A stretch of 64,000 nt of DNA from a virus, in IMG/VR virus record IMGVR_UViG_3300044638_008303, positions 28,545 to 92,544 of that record; one strand, written 5' to 3'. Positions 8,993-20,200 of this stretch are shown one piece after another. A model generated the notes under the pieces. That model was given only the letters and a program-made list of their open reading frames with translations. It had not been told where the DNA came from and did not search any database. Both the position numbers and the translations under genes were made by a program. Positions within the stretch are counted from its first letter, which is position 1; the number at the start of each line of letters is the position of its first letter.

Positions 8993-10198
8993 ATGCACAT
9001 ACTTGAACAATATGCTTTAAATTGTGGTTTAAAAATAGGTAAGCCACATATATATGAAAAATTTTTTCCAATGCCTTTTGAAAAATATCTTACTTTCAAT
9101 CCATTTGGAAAATTTAATTCTAGAAAATATTCTTATTGGCAAGAAGTCGTAGATTTACTGCTTCCTATATTAAATAAACATAATATACATATAGTTCAAA
9201 TAGGTGGTAAAGATGAGCGAGGATACCAGAACTGTTTTCAATTAATGGGTCAAACAAGTTTTAACCAAACCGCACACATTATTAATAATAGTTTATTACA
9301 TTTTGGCGTGGATAGTTTTCCAATACATATAGCTTCTCATTTTGATAAAAAAATTGTAGGACTTTATTGTAACATGTATGCTTCACAATCAAAACCATAC
9401 TGGTCAAATGAAAAAAATGTAATCTTATTACAGGCAGATTTAAACGGTAAAAAGCCTTCTTATGCCGCAGAAGAAAATCCTAAAACAATTGATCGAATTA
9501 AACCCGAAACAATCGCTAATTCAATTATAAAATTATTAAATTTAGAAGAAAAAATAAATTTTGAAACAACATTTATTGGTGATAAATATGGACATCTGCT
9601 TTTGGAATCAACGCCCTCAACAATTGTGCCACCAAATATTTTACCAAATATTTTATTAAATATAAGATTTGATTATGTTAAAACGATTGAAGAAAAAGAT
9701 TATGTATCAATTTTTAACAATTTAAATATTAGAGACTGTGCCTTTATTACCGATAAGTTTATTGATCTCAAGAAGTTTTATAATTTAAAACATAAAATTA
9801 AAAATATATTTTATGATATTAGTTCTACAGAAATAGATTTTAATTTTTTAAATGAGCTATATAGTTTAAATTTTAAAGTCGATTTTGTTTTTAATAAGTC
9901 AAAAGAGCCAAATGAAGAAATATTAAATTCTAAAAAACTTCAATTAATTAACCACCAGGAAGTAATAAATGTTATTGAAAACTCTAATCAAGATTTTAAA
10001 AATTTAACACAATCAAGTTTATTTTATAAAAGCAAAAAATTATTATTTGATAATAATAGCATTTACTTAAGTAAAGCTGGTTATTTAGAAAATAAACCTA
10101 TAATTGTAAATGATTTAAATATATCTCAAAAAATTTCTGAAATCAGTAATATTGATAATTTAAAAGAAGACTTTGATTATATATTATTATATAAATAA
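8993..10198 (+). CDS. GT9 (heptosyltransferase-like) C-terminal domain protein with unknown C-terminal extension
   Basis: IVQIGGKDE...GQTSFNQTAHIINNSLLHFGVDSFPIHIASHFDKKIVGLY matches the GT9 nucleotide-sugar-binding domain (DSGpxHlA). Confidence 0.75.
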   Translation: MHILEQYALNCGLKIGKPHIYEKFFPMPFEKYLTFNPFGKFNSRKYSYWQEVVDLLLPILNKHNIHIVQIGGKDERGYQNCFQLMGQTSFNQTAHIINNSLLHFGVDSFPIHIASHFDKKIVGLYCNMYASQSKPYWSNEKNVILLQADLNGKKPSYAAEENPKTIDRIKPETIANSIIKLLNLEEKINFETTFIGDKYGHLLLESTPSTIVPPNILPNILLNIRFDYVKTIEEKDYVSIFNNLNIRDCAFITDKFIDLKKFYNLKHKIKNIFYDISSTEIDFNFLNELYSLNFKVDFVFNKSKEPNEEILNSKKLQLINHQEVINVIENSNQDFKNLTQSSLFYKSKKLLFDNNSIYLSKAGYLENKPIIVNDLNISQKISEISNIDNLKEDFDYILLYK

Positions 10199-10202
10199 TA
10201 GT

Positions 10203-10231
10203 TTGACATTTTAAGCAAAATTTAAGATACT
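10203..10231 (+). promoter_or_regulatory. sigma70-type promoter, leaderless
   Basis: TTGACA-17 nt-GATACT, 6 nt before ATG 10238. Confidence 0.6.
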
Positions 10232-10237
10232 TATCTT

Positions 10238-10996
10238 ATGTCAGATAAAATCGTTTATAAATATAAAGATACTGTTAATAAATTTAAAAGGGATGTTAAT
10301 GGTCTATTAGAATGCATTAATTATATCTTTAATCAAGATAATACGATAAATTGGAGATCAATGATAAACAAAGAGTATCTTGTTCCCAATAGAGACTCTT
10401 TTAAAAATCAAAAAGATATCAATTTAAAAGAAATTGATGTTACAACCCTTGCGGATAACCAACTTCTTATTCTTTTAGCCGGAATAAAAGAACTAGCTCA
10501 AATACGTGGATATACAAATGTTAATTATGACATTGTTCAGGCCCAACCAGATTATGTAGCGGTTAAATGTACAATTGATTGGATACCCAATTATGAAACA
10601 GCTATGGAAAAAGTTTCGTTTTCTGCTTTAGCAGACGCTCATCTTGATAATACCAAGGATTTTGCAAAAAACTTTTTGATGGCTATTGCTGAAAATCGCG
10701 CATTTATTCGTGCAGTTCGTAGCTTCCTTAAAATTAATATTGTTGGTAATGATGAAATGGGAAAAACAACACACATTGATTCAGAAGTCGAGCCAAATAC
10801 GTTAGCAACACAACCAATTGCCCTACTCCAAAAGACAATGGAAGAATATAATATTTCGTTTGAACAAATTAAAGAGAGGGCCGTTCAGAAAAAAATGGAA
10901 AATGCCGAAGAATGGTCTAAAATTGAAGATATTTCTCCGCTAGCTATGTTTACTATCATAAGTGGAATTAAGAATAAAAATAATAAAAAATCTTAA
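10238..10996 (+). CDS. Rad52/Sak-like single-strand annealing protein (putative)
   Basis: LAGIKELAQIRG...VAVKCTI...ALADA...MAIAENRAFIRAVRSFL resembles the Rad52-superfamily core. Confidence 0.55.
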   Translation: MSDKIVYKYKDTVNKFKRDVNGLLECINYIFNQDNTINWRSMINKEYLVPNRDSFKNQKDINLKEIDVTTLADNQLLILLAGIKELAQIRGYTNVNYDIVQAQPDYVAVKCTIDWIPNYETAMEKVSFSALADAHLDNTKDFAKNFLMAIAENRAFIRAVRSFLKINIVGNDEMGKTTHIDSEVEPNTLATQPIALLQKTMEEYNISFEQIKERAVQKKMENAEEWSKIEDISPLAMFTIISGIKNKNNKKS

Positions 10997-11983
10997 TCAT
11001 GTAGAAGATGAAGAACTTCCACGGTCTTCTCTAAAGATTTTTTTGCAATCTTCTTCTTTATAATCATCTATTCCCGGATTACCAATTCTAGCAGAATCTT
11101 CAAATGTATCCCAATTCATTGTTGCACAAGCGTTTCTATTAACGGTCGAAATAGATCCATTGATAATTGCCGACGATGAAATAAGATTAGGAAAAGAATT
11201 ATTTCCAAACATTTGAATTACATTACCTTCAAAAGCGATTCCTCCAATTGTTTGAAGATTCCAGGGTCCGCCTTGAATAAGATCCCTCTCTGGTCTACCA
11301 TCCAAACTTGAGATTCTTGAGACCGAAGAAAAAGCAGGCCCATTTATTCCAAGTGCGGGGCCAAACATTAAAATTACTCTAGGCCAATATTGACCTCTTG
11401 TAACTACAACATCACTAAAATCTATGGATAAAAAACCATTATTGGTTAGTCCAAAATGATAAGAACCTATTGCAGTAGATCCTTCATTTACATCATTACG
11501 AAACGAACCTAAAACATTTTTAAGTTTGTTATCTAAATTTAATGGATTTTTACTATTCTGGTCTTTTGGGGTTCCAATAATTTTTGCTTTACCTTGTGTA
11601 ATTCCATAATTAATACCAGGTAGGGTTACACGAACTTTAGAACGGCCAATTACAGAAACTTGGGTTTGAGTGCTAAAGCTTACAACGCTTGCCTGTATAG
11701 CCCCTATCGCAGCGTTTAGGCCAGCTAAAGCGCCGACTATACCACCTGCTGTTCCCCCAGCAGATCCAAAAGCGCCGAAAGCATCTGTTGGTAAAATAGC
11801 AAAAGCTGAACATGTAAAAGTTCTATGCCTCCAAAATAATTTAGCAAATTGGCTTTGAGTAAACCAAACTGGCCTATCCGAACCAGGACCAGTTACAAAA
11901 CTTCTTTCTGGTCTATTTTCAGGATTATCTAAATAAAAATTTCCTAAAACATTAACATTATTAAATATTCTTTTTTTACTCAT
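10997..11983 (-). CDS. putative virion/tail-associated protein
   Basis: Last gene of the tail module; Gly/Ala-rich hydrophobic stretch and Ser-rich C-terminus. Confidence 0.55.
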   Translation of the reverse strand: MSKKRIFNNVNVLGNFYLDNPENRPERSFVTGPGSDRPVWFTQSQFAKLFWRHRTFTCSAFAILPTDAFGAFGSAGGTAGGIVGALAGLNAAIGAIQASVVSFSTQTQVSVIGRSKVRVTLPGINYGITQGKAKIIGTPKDQNSKNPLNLDNKLKNVLGSFRNDVNEGSTAIGSYHFGLTNNGFLSIDFSDVVVTRGQYWPRVILMFGPALGINGPAFSSVSRISSLDGRPERDLIQGGPWNLQTIGGIAFEGNVIQMFGNNSFPNLISSSAIINGSISTVNRNACATMNWDTFEDSARIGNPGIDDYKEEDCKKIFREDRGSSSSST

Positions 11984-12002
11984 TTATATTATATGATAAT
12001 TT

Positions 12003-12701
12003 TTAATTTCCGGCATCATTAGGATTTTTTAAAATACTAAAATGTCTACGACCCCCATTCCCAAGATATGGAAATGGCACTGCACAAGGAATACCACTTG
12101 CTACTGTTGCTACCATTATTAGATCGCTGTCTAGAATTTGAAGCCATGTTGGAACAGATGACGATGAAGATGATGACTGACCATCTGGATTAGAAGGTGG
12201 TGCGATACTAGAACTGGATGACGGAACTTGATTTTTTTGGTCGCTATTTTTAAATTCATCGTCTAAGGTATAACCTATTAATGCGTAAGCTTTCGTTTGT
12301 CTAGCTCCAGCTCTATAAGTTTTTAAACGACCATCAGGGTGAAACTCAAAACCAGGTTCTATTTTATATAATTCTGGATAATTAGTCCAACCACCAGCAG
12401 GAGCTTGTTTTCCAACTTTTTCGCATTTAACACTAGCCCCAGAGACTTGAAGATTTGATAAAATGGTAAATTCTAAGTATAATTTTTCATTTTTTTCTTT
12501 ATAGGGAATATTTTTTTCAAGATTGTCAATCGGAACAAAAGATCCAGTATCATAAGAATATTTAGAAAAAACAACCCCAGGACCAACCATAAAATTTACG
12601 CCTTGACTTTGACCAGATGCTTCTAGTATTTTAAATGAAATATTTAATTCTTGTTGAGGGCTTTCCACAAAATTAAAACGATTTCTTTTACTTGAGTTCA
12701 T
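12003..12701 (-). CDS. putative virion/tail-associated protein
   Basis: Synteny; Ser-rich loop. Confidence 0.55.
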   Translation of the reverse strand: MNSSKRNRFNFVESPQQELNISFKILEASGQSQGVNFMVGPGVVFSKYSYDTGSFVPIDNLEKNIPYKEKNEKLYLEFTILSNLQVSGASVKCEKVGKQAPAGGWTNYPELYKIEPGFEFHPDGRLKTYRAGARQTKAYALIGYTLDDEFKNSDQKNQVPSSSSSIAPPSNPDGQSSSSSSSVPTWLQILDSDLIMVATVASGIPCAVPFPYLGNGGRRHFSILKNPNDAGN

Positions 12702-12712
12702 ATTTATTTTAT

Positions 12713-15700
12713 TTAAATAACTCCGGTTATTCTAAAATTAAAACCACTAATCCCAGTATTATTTATATTTTTGATTACCAATTCTGCAACGTCAATATTT
12801 GAGTTGGAAGCTGCATTTAATTGATTAAAATAACCAATAGTCGTATTTATAACAAATGGGAATTCTCTCTCAAAAAATTGGTTATTAGTATATAAACCAC
12901 TAATTCCTATATAATTATTTTCTCTAAAATTAATTTGATTCGTTAATGAAAAACCAGTTGATAAACCCCATATTCCAGAAAAATTTCTAATACCTTGAAA
13001 AGTTGACACGTTACCAGTAATATTTCCAGAACCAGAATTATTAGAATAAAATCCAGTCCCTAAAAGAAGTTCAGAAATATTACCAGTCATAATTGGATCT
13101 CTATTTACTCGTTGAGATGTAAAAGTTGAAACTCCAAATTCATCTATATCTAAAATTCTTTCTCTAACAATTTTATATAATCTTGGGTAAAAATCAGTTC
13201 CAGATAAATAATTTATAATTTCTACACCGGTAGAATTAAAAAGTATATTTATATTACCAGAAGAACCACTAATATTGCTATTTAATATAATTGTATCGTT
13301 GTCCCCAGTTGTAGCTGTTACTAAAAATAAACCTGGATCATTATTAATTGTATTAATAAATACATTATTATTATTAAAATAAATTGGGGGTAAGAAAGAA
13401 GTATTATCAGAATTGAATGTTAAATCATTTCCATTTATAGATATAAAGTCAAAATTATTTATATTATTATAATTTATAGAAATTATAGCTTCAGAATTAA
13501 TAAATCCAGTTGGTTCTGGATAATAAGCAAACCGATCTCCAACTGGTGTTCCAGTAAAAACTAATCGACCAGTAGCATTTAATCTGCCACTAATAGTATT
13601 TCCAGAAACAATTCCTGTTATTGGATAATAACCAAGTACATCATATTTTACATACTCAACATTTTCAATTGTAGAATCAAAAGTTCCATTTGAAACTATT
13701 TCATGATACTGTACTGGGGAGCTTGCTAATCTGCCACCAAAAAGTAATTCTTGGTTAATAACCTCTGTTTTTACTGCTATTGCGTTTCCACTTATAATCC
13801 CACGCCCAGTAACAATTCCAGATATTGTTTCAGAAAAATATACAGATTGCGTTAATGGGTTGTAAAAATAACGACTATTATCTGTATAAAAAACATTTCC
13901 GACACCAAGACCAGATGTTGTTAAAAATCCAGTTCCGCTTTCGCTAATAATTCTTCCAGAAACTTTATTAAAAATGACTAATTGTTCATTTTCTTCTATT
14001 TTTCTAACAAAAGGTGTCGCAAAAAATTTATAAATACCACTATCTTCTGGAATCATCCTATAATTCCAAATACCAGAAATTTCTATTGGAAAAATTCCTT
14101 CTACATCAATAATATAATCTGCACCGATTGTGCATAGGGGCATAGATTTGTGTTCTGTTAAACTTCCTGTATCTAAAGTATATAAATTAACCTGTTGTAC
14201 ATAAAATGAGTCTTTTTGTAATAGAAGATCATCTGGATAAGAAATAAATCCAGATAGAGATACTCGATATTTATCATAAATTTTACTAATATCAAAACCA
14301 ATATCTTGCGAATTTTGTAAAGAAGAGTTTAATCCTGGAAGATTTAAATTATTAACGTTAAAATTCCATCCAGTTCTTATGATATGGTATTCTCCGATTG
14401 AATCCCCACCAGCACCGCCAGGTGGCCCTTCACCCGCTGCTTCACCACCCCCTCCTCCGGCCCCACCATCTCCACACAACTCTTGATTACTATTAGTTTG
14501 AACTAAATTACCGCTAGCGTCAATAGTATATTTTTTACATTCTTCTTTTGGAATGCTTACTGTTATCTCTTTAAAGGTTACGCTCGGCGGACATAAAGGA
14601 TTTTGATTAAAAGTTACAGTTCGCTGTTGTTCACGTAATATAACATCTTTGCAACCTGAAGGGCCAGGAGGTTCTTCTCCCGGTTCGGGTAGACCTTCTT
14701 CTTCTTCTTCTTCTTCTTCTAAACCGCCACCCTCAGAACCCATAGACCTTTGAATCCTTTCAATTTTTGCAAAATCTCCAGATAAATTATTACGAACATC
14801 TAAAGTCTCCCATAATTGAGTGTTTTTGTTAAATCCTTCTAATTGAATATCTATAGGAACTAAATAATTCCAGCCTTTAAAAAATTGAGATGGAAGCCTT
14901 GTTTGTGAAAATATAGAAATTGAATAAGTCATATCACTTACGTCTTTTATTTGTGGGTAAGACCTCAAGGATATAAAATCAATTCTATTATTAAAATGAC
15001 TTATTGGTAACATTCCAGTTTCTCCAGTATTTTTATAAAACTCCATCAGTTTTCCTGTAACAAATATTCCAGATTCTGTATTTTTTAAACATTCATAAGG
15101 ATACCAAACTGGATAAGTCTCTAATATATTTACTTTTGCATTTAATTGGTCAACAAGAGAATCTAATGAATTAAAATCATTAGGATAATATAGTCTAAAA
15201 CCAGTATTTAAATATGGTGGATAGTTACCCAAATGTAATTCTGAATATAATTTAGGAAAATTATAATTATAAAAACGCCAATCAATGTAGTCTCCACTAG
15301 ACCAGTTATTATATAAAAGATATCCACTATAAATTAGATTCGTATATCTAATTTCCTCTCCACTTATTGAGACAAGACTATTATTAACTTCTGCAGTCTT
15401 AATTTCTGTCATTCTTGCTTTGGCAGAAACGCCTGATAAAAATAATTGAAAAGCTCCAGAATCTCTTAAATCGCCAGTAAAACAAATCTCCTCTGGTTCT
15501 GGGGTCCCTGCGACTTCACACTTACGATTTTTTGCGCAAAAATCTTGGAGTTCGTTAAAAGTTAAAACACTTAAAGTATTAAAATTTTGAGTATATAATA
15601 TGGGATTTTTTTCTAAATTTAATACGTAAGCTTTTCCAGTTGCCGTGTTTATATCAATATTTCCAGTATAAACAGTACGTCCCGATAAAACTCCAGAAAC

Positions 15701-17137
15701 AACAATATCTATAGCATAAGAAAAAACATTGTTAGGCGTAAGACCCCCAATTGCCATTCCGGTACTAACATCATATGTAGCCCATGCTCTATCATTCGTA
15801 AAATAAGCCAAATAACCGCTGTTTCTTGGTTGTTGTGGCCTAATACTTATTAATTGTTTATGATAATTACCAATAATATCTCTAGAATCATTTACTCCAT
15901 AATTAATATGAAATCTATTTTGACCGCCCAAGCGTGTTGAAGTATCTAATTTTAAAATAACGCCAGCTTCTTGATTATGAAAACCCGAAAGACCATAGCC
16001 AGAAAATTCTTTACCATATTCTAACCAACTCTCATTAGAAGTAATTAATGGTAATCTAGATTTATCAATTTTTTTATTTTCTATAAATATACCAGAGCCA
16101 GTTTCGTTGTATAACTTGATAAAAGTATCTTTAGTGTAATAAAGAGATCCCGTATCTAAACATTTACCAATACAAGAACCGGAGACGCCTTCAATATTCA
16201 CTGTTACGTTTTTACCAGCCGGAAACCATTGTTCATTTCCTGGTTGAAAAATTGAAACTATACCTGATCCAGTTAAGCCTAAAAGACTAACAACTCCATC
16301 CGTATCTAATGTAAAAAGTGGTGAAGAGGTACTATAAAATAGTGGTAAATTGCTATTAGTGGTTGCTTGTAAAGAAAATGGCGGGCTAGTTATTACTTTA
16401 TTATAAATATCAAAAGGTGTCGAAATAAATTGATTTTGCTTTTGGGCTGGACATGTCAAACATACGACTTCATATTCAAAACTAGTTGAAGACAATGTGG
16501 GGGATGTTGCTGTAAAGATTTTCGCCCTAAATCTATAAGTATCACCAGCAACGACATTTAGAGGAATAAAATTCTCATTAACAGTGGCAATTCCATCTTG
16601 GTTATTGTCTCCATAAAAAGATTGTTCGCCTAAAACAATTTTATAATTAACTGTTGAAGTAGTATTAAAAGTGAAATCTTTTTCAAAATGCCATCCATTA
16701 TAATATAAATTATGAGAAGCAAGATTTTGACTATTCGGGCTGCTACCAATAATAGAACTATTGTTAGAAACAAAATTAACAAGTAATCCAGGTTGAGAAG
16801 CTGGAGTCCCACCAACCGTATATGCTTTAGTATTTTTATTAAAGGTAATTTTTGCCGTAACAGTACTATTTGCGGCCACATCAAGAGGAATTGGTCCTAA
16901 AGACGAGCGCAGAACGGCTATATTATTTGTCCCCCTACCGTACCAAATGTTTAAACTTGTGTTAAGACCTTCCCAAACTCTAAATGGGTAGCTTTTTTGT
17001 ATTGGAGCATTGGGGAATCCAAAATATCCTACAAGCAAATTTGAATCTGTTTGGCTGGAGAATAGTTGACCACTAACGCTTAAAGCGTCTAATCCAAATG
17101 GCCAGTCGCCACTACCCTGTATATAATAATTTGCCAT
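12713..17137 (-). CDS. large virion structural/tail-tip protein (1474 aa)
   Basis: Beta-rich, with an Ig-like segment (SPPFSLQATTNSNLPLFYST), Gly/Glu low-complexity loops and dense SG/TG dipeptides. Confidence 0.7.
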   Translation of the reverse strand: MANYYIQGSGDWPFGLDALSVSGQLFSSQTDSNLLVGYFGFPNAPIQKSYPFRVWEGLNTSLNIWYGRGTNNIAVLRSSLGPIPLDVAANSTVTAKITFNKNTKAYTVGGTPASQPGLLVNFVSNNSSIIGSSPNSQNLASHNLYYNGWHFEKDFTFNTTSTVNYKIVLGEQSFYGDNNQDGIATVNENFIPLNVVAGDTYRFRAKIFTATSPTLSSTSFEYEVVCLTCPAQKQNQFISTPFDIYNKVITSPPFSLQATTNSNLPLFYSTSSPLFTLDTDGVVSLLGLTGSGIVSIFQPGNEQWFPAGKNVTVNIEGVSGSCIGKCLDTGSLYYTKDTFIKLYNETGSGIFIENKKIDKSRLPLITSNESWLEYGKEFSGYGLSGFHNQEAGVILKLDTSTRLGGQNRFHINYGVNDSRDIIGNYHKQLISIRPQQPRNSGYLAYFTNDRAWATYDVSTGMAIGGLTPNNVFSYAIDIVVSGVLSGRTVYTGNIDINTATGKAYVLNLEKNPILYTQNFNTLSVLTFNELQDFCAKNRKCEVAGTPEPEEICFTGDLRDSGAFQLFLSGVSAKARMTEIKTAEVNNSLVSISGEEIRYTNLIYSGYLLYNNWSSGDYIDWRFYNYNFPKLYSELHLGNYPPYLNTGFRLYYPNDFNSLDSLVDQLNAKVNILETYPVWYPYECLKNTESGIFVTGKLMEFYKNTGETGMLPISHFNNRIDFISLRSYPQIKDVSDMTYSISIFSQTRLPSQFFKGWNYLVPIDIQLEGFNKNTQLWETLDVRNNLSGDFAKIERIQRSMGSEGGGLEEEEEEEEGLPEPGEEPPGPSGCKDVILREQQRTVTFNQNPLCPPSVTFKEITVSIPKEECKKYTIDASGNLVQTNSNQELCGDGGAGGGGGEAAGEGPPGGAGGDSIGEYHIIRTGWNFNVNNLNLPGLNSSLQNSQDIGFDISKIYDKYRVSLSGFISYPDDLLLQKDSFYVQQVNLYTLDTGSLTEHKSMPLCTIGADYIIDVEGIFPIEISGIWNYRMIPEDSGIYKFFATPFVRKIEENEQLVIFNKVSGRIISESGTGFLTTSGLGVGNVFYTDNSRYFYNPLTQSVYFSETISGIVTGRGIISGNAIAVKTEVINQELLFGGRLASSPVQYHEIVSNGTFDSTIENVEYVKYDVLGYYPITGIVSGNTISGRLNATGRLVFTGTPVGDRFAYYPEPTGFINSEAIISINYNNINNFDFISINGNDLTFNSDNTSFLPPIYFNNNNVFINTINNDPGLFLVTATTGDNDTIILNSNISGSSGNINILFNSTGVEIINYLSGTDFYPRLYKIVRERILDIDEFGVSTFTSQRVNRDPIMTGNISELLLGTGFYSNNSGSGNITGNVSTFQGIRNFSGIWGLSTGFSLTNQINFRENNYIGISGLYTNNQFFEREFPFVINTTIGYFNQLNAASNSNIDVAELVIKNINNTGISGFNFRITGVI

Positions 17138-17148
17138 TTATATAATTT

Positions 17149-17173
17149 TCCTTATTCCTTTATAAAATTACAC
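17149..17173 (-). promoter_or_regulatory. GTGTAA late-promoter motif plus AGG-N4-AGG leader box
   Basis: GTGTAA-TTTTATA-AAGGAATAAGGA upstream of ATG 17137. Confidence 0.55.
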
Positions 17174-17234
17174 TATATTATTTATTATGATACCAATACA
17201 ATCTACAGAGTTATTAACATAAAATTGTGAATTA

Positions 17235-20200
17235 TTAATATTTAATTAAAGCATCAATACCACTCAAAATATTATTATTTAAAGAAATTTTTTCCATTGG
17301 AGTATGATATAATGGTTGGTTTAATAGATTATTTTCAAAACCTGGGGGGGTTACAATCCCGCCCCCATCTACAGGTGGGTTAATCCCTGGTATAAAACAT
17401 TCATAACCAGGTTTAATGTCCCAAGAACCATTTGGGCAAACTGGATTAAATTGAAGATCTTGACATGACACGCATACAAACTCATTTAATGCGAATGGTG
17501 TGAATTTATGTACAGTACTATTACGTCCTATTTCACTACAGCGTCTTTCAGAAGTAACTTGATATATACTTTCAAATCTAAGATAACATTCATTAAGCGT
17601 TGAGCAACACCAACATTGTCCCGCGCTACCAGCGTCAGTTTCACAACAACCAAACACAAAATCTGACAAATTTATACATTCGTTCGCATAAAATTTTAAA
17701 TCACCGCTGTTAAGAACAGTTAATATATTACGCCCAAAATTAAACTTTATCAAATCTGATTTTTGATTTGCGATTGTAAATGTTGGTGGCTCATTTACTC
17801 CAAGAAGAGAGGCGTCATAAACAGTATATCCATAACCAGAAATAAACTTAATTTTTGGATCTATTGAGTTATTAAAGCTCACAGCTGGTAGATCAAAACT
17901 CTGACCAATTTTATCATCTTGATTGTCTCCATATAAGTCAGGAGAAAATCTTTTCCAATTATTGTTTTCTTTTGAATATTTTTCAAAAACTACAATACCT
18001 GCAGTATTAAACTCTGATTGATCATCAGTACCGATACATCCGATACTACGATAACTTGGATACCCATCAAATCTTTGTACTAATTGAACTTTATAACCGT
18101 ATTGCATATTAGATCTCCAACCATGATTTATATCATAATTTGTATCAGTATCAGAAGGGCCGATAATTAATCCATTAAATTTATTTTTAGAAATAAAAAT
18201 ACTACTAAAATTAGAACTATTAATAGAGTCTATTAAATTCCAAGTTTCTCCGTAATCATAAGAAATATAAACATTATCAACTGATGTGGCAATTTGAATT
18301 TCTCCATTATCATTTATAGCGATATCAATCCAATTATTTGTAATACTTTTTCCGACCCAAGATTGTCCATAATTTCTTGAAACAAAAATTTGGATATTAT
18401 TACCAACTACCGTTTGAAATTGACCGTCTAAACTCATATCAACTTTTTGGTAAGGTCTAGAGAATTGACGTAAAACCCAGTTAACTCCATAATCATCAGA
18501 AGTATGAATGTTACCATTAAAAGCAACGGCTGTTTGATATTTACCATCTTTTGAAATAGAAACACTTCTCCAATTTTTATTAGTTAATAATACAGGATGA
18601 TTAATAGTAGACCAGTTAACTCCATAATCATTAGATCTATAAATTCTATTATTGGAAGCAACCGCAATTTGTATTTGACCATTTGAACTAATTTTAATAG
18701 ACTCCCAAGAATTTACTATTCCTCGAAGCGTCCAATTTTTTCCAAAATTATCTGACACATAGATATTATCATTAAAAGCAACGGCTGTTTGATATTTACC
18801 ATTTTCTGAAATAGCAACATCTTTCCACTGCTTATTAGTATTAACTACGGGGTGAACAACTTCGTTCCATGTAATTCCATAATTTCTGGAAGTAAATACT
18901 TTTCCATTATTTACTACTATTGTTTGAAAAATAGCATCATAACTTGATCCAATTTTACAATTTCCAAGTAAAAATGGGTTTGGAGATTTTGGTGACAATG
19001 AAATCTGATTAAAATTTTTACCAGAATTAATAGAAAACCACCCATTATTAGAATTTGTAATTAAACCAATAATATAATTATATTTTTCTTTATTTTTATT
19101 TAAAGCCGTTGTAATTAATTCGGCATTTACAACCGCTGTATTAAAATCCACTACCGACCAAGAGATTCCATAATCCTTAGACTCATAAACACTAGTTAAA
19201 GTACAAGCTAATTGAATATCACCACGACCGTTTAAACTAACACTATTCCAACTTAATTCTGTAAATGATTCTATCCAAGTGACTCCATAATCATGAGATA
19301 CAAAAATTTTACTCATTTCAGCTACAGCTGTTTGAAACTGTCCGGTATCACTTATATCAAGCTTTTTCCATTGTTTCGCTCCTTGGTATCCTTGAGACCA
19401 AGTGGCTCCATAATCATTAGATCTATAAATTTCGCCAATACCAGAAGACTCATTCCAAGCAAGAGCGGTTTGATATTTACCGTCTTCAGACATTGCAATT
19501 GCCGTCCAATTTTTAATAATATTAATCGTAGTTAAGTTATTACCATTATAAACTAATATATTTCCATTATTTTCTAATATTGTTTTATATCCGTTATTAG
19601 AAGACCAATCTTTCGTAGCTGCCATAGCCGCATCCCTATCATCAATTCCAATAATTTCTAGATCTGGGTTAAAAGGTCCTGGTGGTAATACCGTAGAAGA
19701 CAAACCTACAGGATAATAATCTAAAAGAAGTTGGTGTCGAACTAAACGATCCCAATAGAAAGAACCTCCCCTTTTTATAAAATTTGGATCATGATTTGTA
19801 GGCCCATTATATACATTTCCCCATGCCAACCATAAACTAAGATTATTTGTATTACTTAGGTCTGGTTTAACTAATGATATGTCTCGCCAAACCCTCCTAT
19901 CAAAAATCGTAATATCATCATAGTATTGGTTTGTAAAATTGACAACTTTAAATCTAGACATCGCCGGTGGACTGTCAAAAAAACTGATATCAACAATTCC
20001 ACCACCCACTAAAACAGGATCAGATATACTAGGCTCTATGAACTCTTCTCTATCGTCAAAAAATTTAGATTTCCAGTTTGCGAAATAATTTTGTTTAGGA
20101 TTCGCATAATAAGTTACAGTATTTCTAGCCATTGCTAATAAATTAGCTCTTGAATCCAAAATTAAACTACCTCTATTTAAATCTTTCAAAGCTCTAATTG

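Noticed and set aside
10990-11003. Bidirectional terminator at the convergence of plus- and minus-strand operons
   Set aside because: The two stop codons abut directly (10996/10997) and no convincing hairpin with a U-tract was seen.
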